Part shown: piece by piece, positions 9,305 through 18,368 of the stretch
Numbering within the stretch: the first letter of the stretch is position 1
Layout of the letters: each line of letters starts with the position of its first letter
From: Candidatus Bruticola sp.
Lineage (GTDB): Bacteria; Vulcanimicrobiota; Xenobia; Xenobiales; Xenobiaceae
DNA length: 37,520 nucleotides
Direction: 5' to 3'
NCBI GenBank assembly: GCA_051874735.1
Contig: JBJEGD010000027.1
Span: forward strand, 1-37,520
Program-made: the position numbers and the translations under genes
Notes under the pieces: model-generated
Seen by the model: the letters and a program-made list of their open reading frames with translations, nothing else
What the model was told of the DNA's origin: nothing
Database searches by the model: none

Positions 9305-9682
9305 ATGAAGAAATTCTTTTTTACTTTTGTATGTTTGGTAGCTGTTGCCGTTGCCCCCGTTTGGGCTGGTCTTTCTGAGCGTCTTACCTGGGTCGACAAT
9401 ATACCGGGACTCAAAGTTATTAAATATGAAGAGTCCATGCGCAAAGTAGAAAAAGATTATTTAGCGACCAATGCAGAAAAAGAATACCAAGCTATTGTTG
9501 ATGGCTTAAAAAAGAATGGTTGGCGTGTTGTCAAAACTGAAATTGAAGATGGCTTGACCAATATGCCTGAAATTACTGCTGTCAAAGACGGTATGAAGTT
9601 CGAATTGGAAGTGGATAAAGATATGCGCGCTGACGGTCGTGAAGTTTGCAAGTTTGAGGTTAGTCTTAAATCTTATAAATAA
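9305..9682 (+). CDS. Small exported hypothetical protein
   Basis: MKKFFFTFVCLVAVAVAPVWA is a classic signal peptide, so the start is probably ATG 9305 rather than 9233; followed by a terminator. Confidence 0.75.
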   Translation: MKKFFFTFVCLVAVAVAPVWAGLSERLTWVDNIPGLKVIKYEESMRKVEKDYLATNAEKEYQAIVDGLKKNGWRVVKTEIEDGLTNMPEITAVKDGMKFELEVDKDMRADGREVCKFEVSLKSYK

Positions 9683-9704
9683 TTTTTAGCTAGCGTATAG
9701 TCTT

Positions 9705-9747
9705 AAAAAAGAATCCTGTTACCAAGGTAAATAGGATTCTTTTTTTT
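9705..9747. terminator. Bidirectional intrinsic terminator
   Basis: AAAAAAGAATCCTGTT...AATAGGATTCTTTTTTTT between convergent genes. Confidence 0.85.
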
Positions 9748-9765
9748 GTTAGCTTGATTAATCTA

Positions 9766-10695
9766 TTATATAGGGCGCTTGGTCAATTTTACATACATTA
9801 ATCCCCCTGCCGCACCTCCTAAGTGTCCCCAATTATCAAGGAAAGACATCTCTGTTAAAAAGGAGAGGCAGAATCCCATAAATAACAGCAAGATTACGCC
9901 CTGAATGTAGGCGGTAGCTTTTGCAGAAGAGCCTAAAGCCCAGCGTTTGTGGTAGGCCCAGTAAGCTGATAGCAGAGCGAATATACCTGTTGAAGCTCCT
10001 ATGCCGCCGACCGGATTGAGAAACGAAGAGAATAAATTACCTATAATGCAACCGCAGGCGAACAAAAATATAAATTTTTGGCTTCCCATCATTTCTTCTA
10101 AGTCTAGACCAACTACATACAGGCAGTACATATTGCAAAGCAGATGAAACAAACCTCCGTGTAGGAAAGCAGCTGTGAGCAAACGCCAAATTTCAGTAGG
10201 GGCAAATGAAGGCATGTATGGAGATAGCCAAGGGGCGATCATAATTTGAAACTGCATTGGCCATAAAAATTGTGCAGCGTATACAACTAGACAAACAATT
10301 ATTATGGCATACACTGCCTTAGGGGAATGATGGGCGGCTAAGCTGCTGGGGGATTGATATTTTTCTAGGATCTTTTGTTGGAAGCTGGAAGTTATTATCC
10401 CTGATCCTCCGCATGATTCGCATACCTTTGAGCAGGGAATGGCTTTTTTTCCCTTACATGTACGGCAGGGTAGAGGTTTCCCCTGACTGGTGTATCCAGA
10501 AATACCGCTGCCGTTGCAGTCTGGGCAAGCCGTTTCTCCGCTACCTCCACAATCTAAGCAAATGCCGTTGCCTTTGCATCTTGGACAAAGGCGTCCGCTT
10601 TTTTTATCTGCTATCTCTGTGGCAGGAGGCAAGGCTGAAGAAGACTTAAGCTCTGCTGCAGATTTGTTATTTGACTCATTATTTGTTGTCGGCAT
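9766..10695 (-). CDS. Rhomboid intramembrane serine protease with N-terminal DnaJ-type CxxCxGxG zinc-finger region
   Basis: WRLLT-x-FLH, HLLCN, GASTG (catalytic Ser), GHLGG (catalytic His); N-terminal CPRCKGNG, CLDCGGSG, CPDCNGSG, CRTCKGK, CESCGGSG. Confidence 0.88.
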   Translation of the reverse strand: MPTTNNESNNKSAAELKSSSALPPATEIADKKSGRLCPRCKGNGICLDCGGSGETACPDCNGSGISGYTSQGKPLPCRTCKGKKAIPCSKVCESCGGSGIITSSFQQKILEKYQSPSSLAAHHSPKAVYAIIIVCLVVYAAQFLWPMQFQIMIAPWLSPYMPSFAPTEIWRLLTAAFLHGGLFHLLCNMYCLYVVGLDLEEMMGSQKFIFLFACGCIIGNLFSSFLNPVGGIGASTGIFALLSAYWAYHKRWALGSSAKATAYIQGVILLLFMGFCLSFLTEMSFLDNWGHLGGAAGGLMYVKLTKRPI

Positions 10696-10770
10696 AATAC
10701 CAAGTCACCGCCGCGACATAAAATTTATAAAAACTTTACACTATATATGGAAAGATGGTAAGCTCCTGCT

Positions 10771-11760
10771 ATGGATATTATAAAGGGCACTGCGGCTAAT
10801 TTATATTTAGTAAATTTAAGCAACGCGATTAAGTTAAATAAGGCTGTGCTGCGCCATTTTTCAATGGTGGCTTTAGGCGCCTGCTTATTTTGGGGCGCTA
10901 CAGTTGACTCTGTTTGGGCGGATGAAATAAGAGCTGAAGTCCGTATGGTTAACGGACACAAAGAAATTGTTTACACTAATGAGGCTAACGACGCCTATAA
11001 GCGCAGTGTACGTAGCGCTAATGGCGTTACCATTATAAGCGACTATCCCACTTATAAGGGGAAAGCACGTTCTGCTTCTGCTAAACAGAAAAATAGCGAA
11101 GCCCCTGGCAAAACGGTGGCTGTTTCGCCTGCTAGTTCCGCTTCCGCTAATAAAAAAGTTGCTCCTAAGGGTAAGCGCCGACCTGATGGCACTTATGAAT
11201 TTGCTCCACCTCAGTATGAAGTGTACGAAATTCAGCCTAATGGTTATTACAGGGATGATTGGTCATTCGCTACTTTCGACGCCGCCAAACGGCAGCCTCG
11301 CTTAGTTAGTTACTATGGCTGGGATCCTAACGATGCCTCTCAAAATCAACGCACTTGGGTTGAAGTCGATATTAATCCTATTATTCTTAAATATGCCAAA
11401 ATATGGGGAGTAGATCCTCTTCTAGTTGAAATTGTTATCTGCCACGAATCTGGCTTTAACCCTAGAGCTGTTTCGCCGGCTGGTGCTGTAGGATTAATGC
11501 AACTTATGCCTGTAACTGCTTCCGGCCTAGGTGTTTACGATGTTTACGACGTCGAACAGAACATTGCAGGCGGCACCCGCTACATAGCTGCTCAGCTGGA
11601 GCGTTTTAATAGTGTGCCTTTGGCCTTGGCGGCATATAATGCTGGCCCTGGAGCAGTGCTTCAGTACGGCGGAGTGCCTCCTTATTCTGAAACTCAATAT
11701 TATGTTGATACTATATACGGAGAGTATTTGGCTGGGAAAAGAGCCAGAGAAGGCAGATAA
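10771..11760 (+). CDS. Exported lytic transglycosylase (SLT domain at C-terminus)
   Basis: HESGFNPRAVSPAGAVGLMQLMP (catalytic Glu), ALAAYNAG, ETQYYV; hydrophobic signal-like N-terminal segment; start uncertain. Confidence 0.9.
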   Translation: MDIIKGTAANLYLVNLSNAIKLNKAVLRHFSMVALGACLFWGATVDSVWADEIRAEVRMVNGHKEIVYTNEANDAYKRSVRSANGVTIISDYPTYKGKARSASAKQKNSEAPGKTVAVSPASSASANKKVAPKGKRRPDGTYEFAPPQYEVYEIQPNGYYRDDWSFATFDAAKRQPRLVSYYGWDPNDASQNQRTWVEVDINPIILKYAKIWGVDPLLVEIVICHESGFNPRAVSPAGAVGLMQLMPVTASGLGVYDVYDVEQNIAGGTRYIAAQLERFNSVPLALAAYNAGPGAVLQYGGVPPYSETQYYVDTIYGEYLAGKRAREGR

Positions 11761-11763
11761 GGA

Positions 11764-12783
11764 GTGTATAGAAGAAAATCTGTCGACGGTGTAATTCTGT
11801 TCGGCCGTCTTTTTGTTAAATATTTTATTGTTCTCACCGCAATACTGTCCTTTGGGCTGTTTGGCTGTTCAGTATCTGCTAGAGATCGCCGTCTGATTTG
11901 TTCTAAGTGTGGTTGCGTTATAAGCGGGTCTTATTACAAAATGAGCGATGGCAGCATTGTGTGTCCCAATGACAGTCCTAAATGCTTTATTTGTGGCGAA
12001 ATATGTACAGACCGCTATTATATATTAAAAAGTGGTCGCACTATATGTGCTAAGGATATGGATAAGCAAATTCCTGCCTGCTCTTGCTGTCACCGCAAAC
12101 CTACTGATGCTGCAATAGTTAGACTGCGGGATAATTTGGTTTCTTGTAGCCAGTGTTGGAATTCGAAACTACCGCGTTGTTTTTTGTGTAATCTGCCTAT
12201 TAGCAGCGGAGGACTGATTTTTTCAGATGGCCGTCATCTTTGTCCTTATCACTCTGCATCCGCTATAAACGATCAACATTCAGCAGAAATATATTTTGAT
12301 AAAGCTAAACAATTAATTAAGCAGTACGTATCACCTTCGATTAATATCGACGATGCCTCTATCAGTATACATATAGTTGATAAGAATGTTCTTTGTGAAA
12401 AAATGCGTTCAGGTGGCGATCCTAGTCCTTCTTTGGAGTTAACTAGTGGTCGAACACTGCAATATAAAATAGGTGGACGTATGCTTTTTCGTATTTATGT
12501 ACTGCAGGGACTGCCTTCTGAAGATTTTTTGACTACTATGGTCCATGAATGCGGTCATGTATGGCAGATGAAAAATATAGTAACTCCTTTGAGTCAACGC
12601 CGCCAAGAAGGATTCTGTGAATGGCTTGCTTACAAAGTTAATAACCAGTTACATCGGCAGACGCAAATACAACTTTTAGAGGCTAAGAACGACAACGTTT
12701 ATCATAAGGGGCTCCTTGAGTATCTCGATCTAGAAAAGAGGAGGGGGCGTAGTGCCGTGCTGAGCTATGCCTTAGGTAAGTAG
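11764..12783 (+). CDS. LIM-like zinc-finger repeat protein with DA1-type zinc metallopeptidase domain; possible lipoprotein
   Basis: Four CxxC...Cxx(D/C/H) fingers; DGRHLC; GLP...VHECGHVW (HExxH) and QEGFCEWLAY; hydrophobic N-terminus ending LFGC. Confidence 0.78.
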   Translation: MYRRKSVDGVILFGRLFVKYFIVLTAILSFGLFGCSVSARDRRLICSKCGCVISGSYYKMSDGSIVCPNDSPKCFICGEICTDRYYILKSGRTICAKDMDKQIPACSCCHRKPTDAAIVRLRDNLVSCSQCWNSKLPRCFLCNLPISSGGLIFSDGRHLCPYHSASAINDQHSAEIYFDKAKQLIKQYVSPSINIDDASISIHIVDKNVLCEKMRSGGDPSPSLELTSGRTLQYKIGGRMLFRIYVLQGLPSEDFLTTMVHECGHVWQMKNIVTPLSQRRQEGFCEWLAYKVNNQLHRQTQIQLLEAKNDNVYHKGLLEYLDLEKRRGRSAVLSYALGK

Positions 12784-12860
12784 TCGTGGGCAGGTATTGA
12801 TAGGCTTATCTAGAAAAACGACTGCAATTTAAAAGCGACGGATTAGGGAGAGTGTTTTAT

Positions 12861-13760
12861 ATGGCTGAAGAGCGTCGTCCCATATTGCAGGGCGAATATA
12901 AATTAGTCAGTGTTATAGAAACTGTTGGTGACAGCACTGTATACAGAAGTCAATCGGTAAGCCATTCTGAACGTGTGTATGCTGTGCGTGAGTTTAAACT
13001 TGAGGGATATGAGGCTCCTGAAAAGCGAGCTATGATTTCTTCTTATTTCCAACCTATTGCTCAAGGTTATATGGATTTTGTCGATCCCTGTTTGACTTCA
13101 CTGCGCGATTTCTTTATTGAAAACGGGTATATTTATTTCGTTTTCGATTATGTCCCAGGCCGACGTCTAAGTGAATATTTCCGTGCTCGTCAGCGTCCTT
13201 TCCCTGAAAATTTGGCTTTAGATATAGCCTATAAAGTCGCCAAAGCCTTGGAAACTTTACATGCCTGCAAGCCTATCAAGTTCTTTGCCGATATGTCTAT
13301 ATCGAATATTATTTTAGCTTCAAATGGCTATGTGATGCTGACTGATTACGGTTTAGGCAAACTGCTTGCCGATCTCCCTGTCGATGCTCCTCGCATGGGG
13401 ACGGTTGGCTATGCTGCTCCAGAACAGTACGGATTAGCCGGTATTGTTAGCCAGGCTACCGATATCTACGGCTTAGGAGTGCTTATGCACCAGCTGGTAA
13501 CTTATATAGACCCTGTGCTTCATCCAGGCAAATTGGCTCCTATCGCAGAAGTGAACCCTGCCGTTAGCGACGAGTATATAAAAATTGTGCGTAACGCCAC
13601 TCGCACCGATCCTAAGAAACGTTTTGTTTCTGCTGCTGATATGGCTGCGGCTATACGCTCTATATCTCCTAATCGCGGTAAGAGCTATAAGGTTCTGAAG
13701 CGTGACTTGCTGGCTGACTTTATTGCATCTTTGAAGGCTCCTTTTACAACTCCTAAGTAG
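12861..13760 (+). CDS. Ser/Thr protein kinase-fold protein, degenerate (possible pseudokinase)
   Basis: DxSxSNI, DYG, GTVGYAAPEQYG, TDIYGLG, DPKKRF subdomain motifs; AGGGAG RBS before ATG 12861 (track start 12852). Confidence 0.85.
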   Translation: MAEERRPILQGEYKLVSVIETVGDSTVYRSQSVSHSERVYAVREFKLEGYEAPEKRAMISSYFQPIAQGYMDFVDPCLTSLRDFFIENGYIYFVFDYVPGRRLSEYFRARQRPFPENLALDIAYKVAKALETLHACKPIKFFADMSISNIILASNGYVMLTDYGLGKLLADLPVDAPRMGTVGYAAPEQYGLAGIVSQATDIYGLGVLMHQLVTYIDPVLHPGKLAPIAEVNPAVSDEYIKIVRNATRTDPKKRFVSAADMAAAIRSISPNRGKSYKVLKRDLLADFIASLKAPFTTPK

Positions 13761-13788
13761 AGCTGTCTGTAGTGAAAAATATATTTGC

Positions 13789-13828
13789 GGGGCGTCTTTT
13801 TTCTGTATAGTTAGGGCGTCCCTTTTTT
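13789..13828 (+). terminator. Intrinsic terminator after the kinase gene
   Basis: GGGGCGTCTT...AGGGCGTCCC followed by TTTTTT. Confidence 0.6.
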
Positions 13829-13867
13829 ATTGCCTGGCTATCCATTGAATTGTTAGTTTTTATTTAT

Positions 13868-13921
13868 AAAAAAAGCTCCATCTGGTTGGCAGAAATGAAA
13901 CTGCAAACTTCGGATGGAGCT
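13868..13921 (-). terminator. Intrinsic terminator after the TPR gene
   Basis: AGCTCCATCTG...CGGATGGAGCT stem preceded by an A7 run (U run on the minus strand). Confidence 0.65.
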
Positions 13922-13955
13922 CTTGGTGATAACTCGCTTACAAGAACACTTCGAA

Positions 13956-15227
13956 TTAGAGAACTTTAATCTTGTGATCTAATTTTACTCTGTCCGGGGG
14001 AATTTCGGCCATGCCAATGCGGTATTTGCCATCAATTAAGCCTGTTTCACTTACAGTGTGTCCCTGCTCTTTTAGCTGCCGTACATACTGCTCGGCTACT
14101 TTTTCTCTGGGAATAGCTCTGTCAGATTCTATGGCTATGTTAGTGCCTTCAACAGGCTTATTGTTCTCATCTACAAAGAAGAAGCCCCAGTGTACGAGAC
14201 GGCCTAACAAGCGCAGACCTTCGCGATGGTGAGCTATAGAAGCATTAAAGCGGGCTTGTCCTTCTTCTTTGTGACCTAAAGAGTTTTCGATGTCAGCTAA
14301 ATGGCGCAGCAATGATGAAATCTGGAGATGAAGTTGGCCGCTGTTGGGTAAGGCTTTTAGCCCCTCTTCAAACACGGCCAGAGCTTTATCGAATTCGTTA
14401 CGGCGCACATAGTAATGAGCTTTGTGGAACCACAGCTCAGGACTTTCAGGATCAAGTTCGATGGCCTTTTCGAAGGAAGCGATCGCTTCAGCCTGCCGTT
14501 CTGCTATCAAGGCCAAAGATATGCCATTTATTACATAAAGTTTGGCTTGATCGGGATATTTAGCTATGATTGGTTCTAAAATTTTAACAGCAGATTCCGG
14601 TTCTCCCATTCGGCAGTAGGTCATGGCCATATTGCCAAAAGGAATGTAGTCATCAGGATCCAGTTCAACCGCTTTGTCGAAGAATTCTTTAGCTGTTTCC
14701 AGCTCTTTTTTATTGGCTTCGTCATTATCTGAATGGATATTATTCATATGAGCTTCGCCAATATGATTGAGCACTCTAGCCTTGTCTTTGTCGCTGAGTT
14801 CAGTATTTAAGGCTTCAGTTAGACATTCGATAGCTTCAGTCCAGTGGCCCAGCTTAAGCAGGCAGTTGCCTAAGTGAACTTTGATTTTAGGGTAATTAGG
14901 ATCGAGTTTATTAACCTTATCGAAGCATCCAGCCGCTTGGCTAATGTTGTCGTGTTCGCTTAAAAAAGCACCCAGCTCAAAGAAGCAGTCTGTATTTTCC
15001 GGCATATCTTTGCAAGCTTGAGTTAGAACTTTGAAAGCTTCGCTAGGTTTGTCCATATCTTGAAGTAAGCTAGATTTGGCGCAGTAAGCTTTGCCATTTT
15101 GAGGAGCGAGCTTTATAGCCTTCTCAACAGCTTTGAGAGCTTCTTCAAGGTTGTCGTCGTCTTCTAACTGTTCGGCCAACTCCAGGAGCTCATCAGCGCT
15201 GGAGATGGAATCTATATCTCTAGTCAT
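13956..15227 (-). CDS. Tetratricopeptide repeat protein
   Basis: Repeated TPR patterns (A....EKAIKLAP, FDKAVELDP, FEKAIELDP, LG..L...G...EA). Confidence 0.85.
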   Translation of the reverse strand: MTRDIDSISSADELLELAEQLEDDDNLEEALKAVEKAIKLAPQNGKAYCAKSSLLQDMDKPSEAFKVLTQACKDMPENTDCFFELGAFLSEHDNISQAAGCFDKVNKLDPNYPKIKVHLGNCLLKLGHWTEAIECLTEALNTELSDKDKARVLNHIGEAHMNNIHSDNDEANKKELETAKEFFDKAVELDPDDYIPFGNMAMTYCRMGEPESAVKILEPIIAKYPDQAKLYVINGISLALIAERQAEAIASFEKAIELDPESPELWFHKAHYYVRRNEFDKALAVFEEGLKALPNSGQLHLQISSLLRHLADIENSLGHKEEGQARFNASIAHHREGLRLLGRLVHWGFFFVDENNKPVEGTNIAIESDRAIPREKVAEQYVRQLKEQGHTVSETGLIDGKYRIGMAEIPPDRVKLDHKIKVL

Positions 15228-15306
15228 AATTTGCGCTTATTCAAGTGAGAATACTCTTTTCCTTTCAAGCAGCTTTTACGCTGAAATTATATTTTTTGTT
15301 GTAGTC

Positions 15307-15335
15307 TTGACAAAAACGTGGTGTATGTGCATAAT
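15307..15335 (+). promoter_or_regulatory. Sigma70 promoter of tRNA-Leu
   Basis: TTGACA-17 nt-CATAAT, about 40 nt upstream of the tRNA. Confidence 0.8.
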
Positions 15336-15377
15336 ACTCACCGTAGCCAGCCGGTGATGGCTGGTGCTTGCTTGTAT

Positions 15378-15463
15378 GCGGGAGTGGCGGAACGGTAGAC
15401 GCACGGGACTTAAAATCCCGAGTCCGCGAGGGCGTGAGGGTTCAAATCCCTCCTCCCGTACCA
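15378..15463 (+). tRNA. tRNA-Leu (anticodon TAA)
   Basis: Acceptor GCGGGAG/CTCCCGT, D loop GGAACGGTAGAC, anticodon arm CGGGA-CTTAAAA-TCCCG, long variable arm, GGTTCAAATCC, encoded CCA. Confidence 0.97.
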
Positions 15464-15479
15464 CAAACGGTGTAAATGG

Positions 15480-15513
15480 AAAACAGCGGAGTTAAGCTTC
15501 GCTGTTTTTTTTT
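15480..15513 (+). terminator. Intrinsic terminator after the tRNA
   Basis: AAAACAGCGGAG-TTAAG-CTTCGCTGTTTT followed by further Ts. Confidence 0.88.
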
Positions 15514-15637
15514 GCCTGGATGTGTAATTCCAATTATTCTTGAATAATTGAAACAAGAGATCAAGGTGAGCCTTCTTATGTATGCTTCCTGGCTAGGCTG
15601 GAGCAGAGCGCAATGATAGTCTTAAGAGGTATAAATT

Positions 15638-16477
15638 TTGTCTAATGAAACACTCGTCGCCAATAACATGCTGCATTACGAGGCTGAGTTGCAGCGCTGG
15701 ACAAAAGCCCTGGATTCTTCTAGAGCAGGTTTATCCGTACTTAGTTTATCTCCATCCACTGTCGGATATAAACCGCCTGTAAAACTGTGCAGCTTTAACT
15801 CAGATTATATTTTCCGAGCGGCTAGTTTAATTAAAGTTCCAATTATTGCTGCGCTTTTTTACGAGGCTCAGCAGGGTAGAATATGTTTAGACGATACCAC
15901 TGTGTTAACTAAGAATGATTTGGTTGAAGGAGGAGTGCTCTGTGAAGTGGGAGAGGGGCGCCCCTTTAGCTGGGGGGAACTTAGCCGTTTAGCTATTGAA
16001 TTCAGCGATAATAGCGCCTCTAATGCGATTATTCGCCAGTTGGGTTTCATTTTAATTAACAATTTTATAAAAAGCAAACTGCAAGTTGAACACACCGTAT
16101 TGCGCCGTTTCTTTATGTATTCTCCCCAAGAAATGGGAGAAAACCAAACTTCCGCTAGCGATTGTGCGCTGATTTTATCTAAACTTTGGTGTGAAAATTT
16201 GCTTAGTGGGGGATGGCATAGGGAATTTTGGAACATTATGGGGCGTCAGCAATTTATAGAAAAAATTCCCTCACGCTTGATAGGAAAGGCTAAAACATAC
16301 AATAAAACTGGTGAGCTCGATGACGGAGCTCGCCATGATATGGCCATATTAAAAGGAAATGGGATCGTTTTAGCTCTGGCCGCTTTGACAGATCAGCAAG
16401 AAAAGCCAGGATGGCTGATCGATTGGGAAATCGGTGCGTGGGCCGAAAGCGTTTTTCATAAATTTAGTCATACCTAA
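15638..16477 (+). CDS. Serine hydrolase, class A beta-lactamase-like family
   Basis: SxxK (AASLIK), SDN, N.TSA.D, NKTG, HD motifs; no clear signal peptide. Confidence 0.85.
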   Translation: MSNETLVANNMLHYEAELQRWTKALDSSRAGLSVLSLSPSTVGYKPPVKLCSFNSDYIFRAASLIKVPIIAALFYEAQQGRICLDDTTVLTKNDLVEGGVLCEVGEGRPFSWGELSRLAIEFSDNSASNAIIRQLGFILINNFIKSKLQVEHTVLRRFFMYSPQEMGENQTSASDCALILSKLWCENLLSGGWHREFWNIMGRQQFIEKIPSRLIGKAKTYNKTGELDDGARHDMAILKGNGIVLALAALTDQQEKPGWLIDWEIGAWAESVFHKFSHT

Positions 16478-16555
16478 TAATTAGTTTATTTACTTTTTCC
16501 CTTTTTTTGTTTAAGCTGGAAGGCTGAAAGCGAGAAAATATATGGAGAGTTCATT

Positions 16556-17467
16556 ATGAGTGCTAAAGAATTTCGCAGTGGTTTTGTAGCTCTTGTGGGC
16601 AGGCCTAATGTAGGAAAATCTACCTTGCTTAATGCTATACTGGGCACCAAGGTCGCCATAACTTCCGGTATGCCTCAAACTACACGTCACCGTGTTCTAG
16701 GGGTCAGTCACGCTCCCAATTGCCAAATAGTGTTTGTCGATACGCCCGGTTTTCATCCGGCAGAAACACGCTTAGGCGAGTGGATGCTCGACTCCGCTAA
16801 AACTGAGGGCAGCGAGGCTGATGTGGCTATCCTGGTGGTTGATGCTTCCTGCAAACCTGGTGAGGAAGATCTACTGGCTGCTGAATTTTTAGCAAAAGAA
16901 GTAAGCTCGCCCAAATTGTTGGTTATTAACAAAGTTGATAAAGTAACTCCCAGAGAAGCTTTGTTGCCTCGAATCGAAGCTTATCGCAAGTTGGGGAATT
17001 TTCTCGATATTTACCCTGTATCTGCGAAATGTGGTGATAATCTGCCTGAATTGCTCGAGTGTTTGCGTCGACTGATGCCTATAGGTACTCCTTATTTCCC
17101 TGAAGAGCAAATTACTGATCAGGATGAAGAACGACGTGCTGAAGAAATTATCAGAGAAAAGGTTTTGCGTTGTACTTATCGTGAGGTTCCCCACGCTGTA
17201 GCCGTAAAGCTAGAGGAGTGTCGTCCCGCGGTCAACAAAGAAAATGTTCAATATCTGAGAGCCGTTATATACGTAGAGCGCGAGGGACAGAAGCATATAA
17301 TTTTAGGACGTAAGGGTGAGAAGCTGCGCGATATAGGAGCAGCGGCCAGAGCTGAGCTGGAAGAGATATTCGGTTGTAAAGTTTATTTGGATTTATGGAT
17401 TAAAGTTAAGGAAGATTGGCGCGATCGTCCTGACTGGTTGCGGGCTTTGGGTTACGACTGCGAGTAG
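16556..17467 (+). CDS. era: GTPase Era
   Basis: GRPNVGKST, PQTTR, DTPG, NKVD, C-terminal KH domain with VYLDLWIKVKEDW. Confidence 0.97.
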   Translation: MSAKEFRSGFVALVGRPNVGKSTLLNAILGTKVAITSGMPQTTRHRVLGVSHAPNCQIVFVDTPGFHPAETRLGEWMLDSAKTEGSEADVAILVVDASCKPGEEDLLAAEFLAKEVSSPKLLVINKVDKVTPREALLPRIEAYRKLGNFLDIYPVSAKCGDNLPELLECLRRLMPIGTPYFPEEQITDQDEERRAEEIIREKVLRCTYREVPHAVAVKLEECRPAVNKENVQYLRAVIYVEREGQKHIILGRKGEKLRDIGAAARAELEEIFGCKVYLDLWIKVKEDWRDRPDWLRALGYDCE

Positions 17468-17607
17468 AAAAGTGATTTAGAGATATCTATTTAGGCAGGC
17501 ATGGCTGATTTTTCAGCGTAGTTACTCAAGGTGGAACATTTGGCTGATGCCACACAAAAAGCAATATCTTGATTGCGCCCGGAATGGGGCGCAGGAGGCA
17601 GTTTCAA

Positions 17608-18291
17608 GTGGATAACAAGAAAATTACCGGGCGCATGATTGGCGACATGATTGATCATACTCTTCTTAAGGCCGATGCTGTTAAAGATCAAATTCTAAAA
17701 ATTTGTGAAGAGGCTCGTCTGTATAAGTTCGCTTCTGTTTGTGTTAATCCAGGTTGGGTTAGTACCGCCGCTGAAGCTCTGCGCGGTTCTTCGGTAAAGG
17801 TATGCACCGTTATCGGCTTTCCTTTAGGAGCTACTACCAGTTTTGCTAAAGCTTGCGAAACCAGAGACGCCATTGCCAACGGAGCCGATGAGGTCGATAT
17901 GGTTATCAATGTAGGGGCTTTAAAAGCCGGCAATGATGAGCTGGTCGAAAATGATATAAAGGCTGTAGTGGAAGCGGCTGGCGGACGTTTAGTCAAATGT
18001 ATTTTGGAAACTGCTATGCTCACCGATGAAGAGGTAGAGAGAGCTTGCCACTTGGCTGTCAAAGGCGGCGTTGACTTCGTAAAAACTTCTACCGGTTTCG
18101 GACCTGGAGGAGCGACAGTGCACCATGTGGCTATTATGCGAAAAGCTGTCGGACCCAATATAGGTGTGAAAGCTTCTGGTGGTATTCACGATTTTGAAAG
18201 TGCCGTAGCTTTAATAGAAGCTGGAGCTAATCGTATTGGAGCTAGCGCTTCTATTAAAATTATGCAGGGCGATCCTGAGTTTAAACTGTAA
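17608..18291 (+). CDS. deoC: Deoxyribose-phosphate aldolase
   Basis: [43 protein letters not shown]; AGGAGG precedes GTG 17608 (track start 17569). Confidence 0.97.
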   Translation: MDNKKITGRMIGDMIDHTLLKADAVKDQILKICEEARLYKFASVCVNPGWVSTAAEALRGSSVKVCTVIGFPLGATTSFAKACETRDAIANGADEVDMVINVGALKAGNDELVENDIKAVVEAAGGRLVKCILETAMLTDEEVERACHLAVKGGVDFVKTSTGFGPGGATVHHVAIMRKAVGPNIGVKASGGIHDFESAVALIEAGANRIGASASIKIMQGDPEFKL

Positions 18292-18314
18292 TTTTAATTA
18301 ATATAAATGATATA

Positions 18315-18368
18315 GCCGGACCTTAAATTTGAGCTATCGCGGGTCTTTTTTAAGGTTCGGCCTTTTTT
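18315..18368 (+). terminator. Terminator-like hairpin between deoC and recO
   Basis: GCCGGACCTTAAA...TTTAAGGTTCGGC followed by CTTTTTT. Confidence 0.6.

Noticed and set aside
15276-15464. 62-aa minus-strand ORF MVREEGFEPSRP...
   Set aside because: Typical antisense translation of a tRNA gene
15378-16477. tRNA-Leu as an integration site with a beta-lactamase cargo gene
   Set aside because: No integrase, no duplicated tRNA 3' end seen, and the downstream genes are housekeeping
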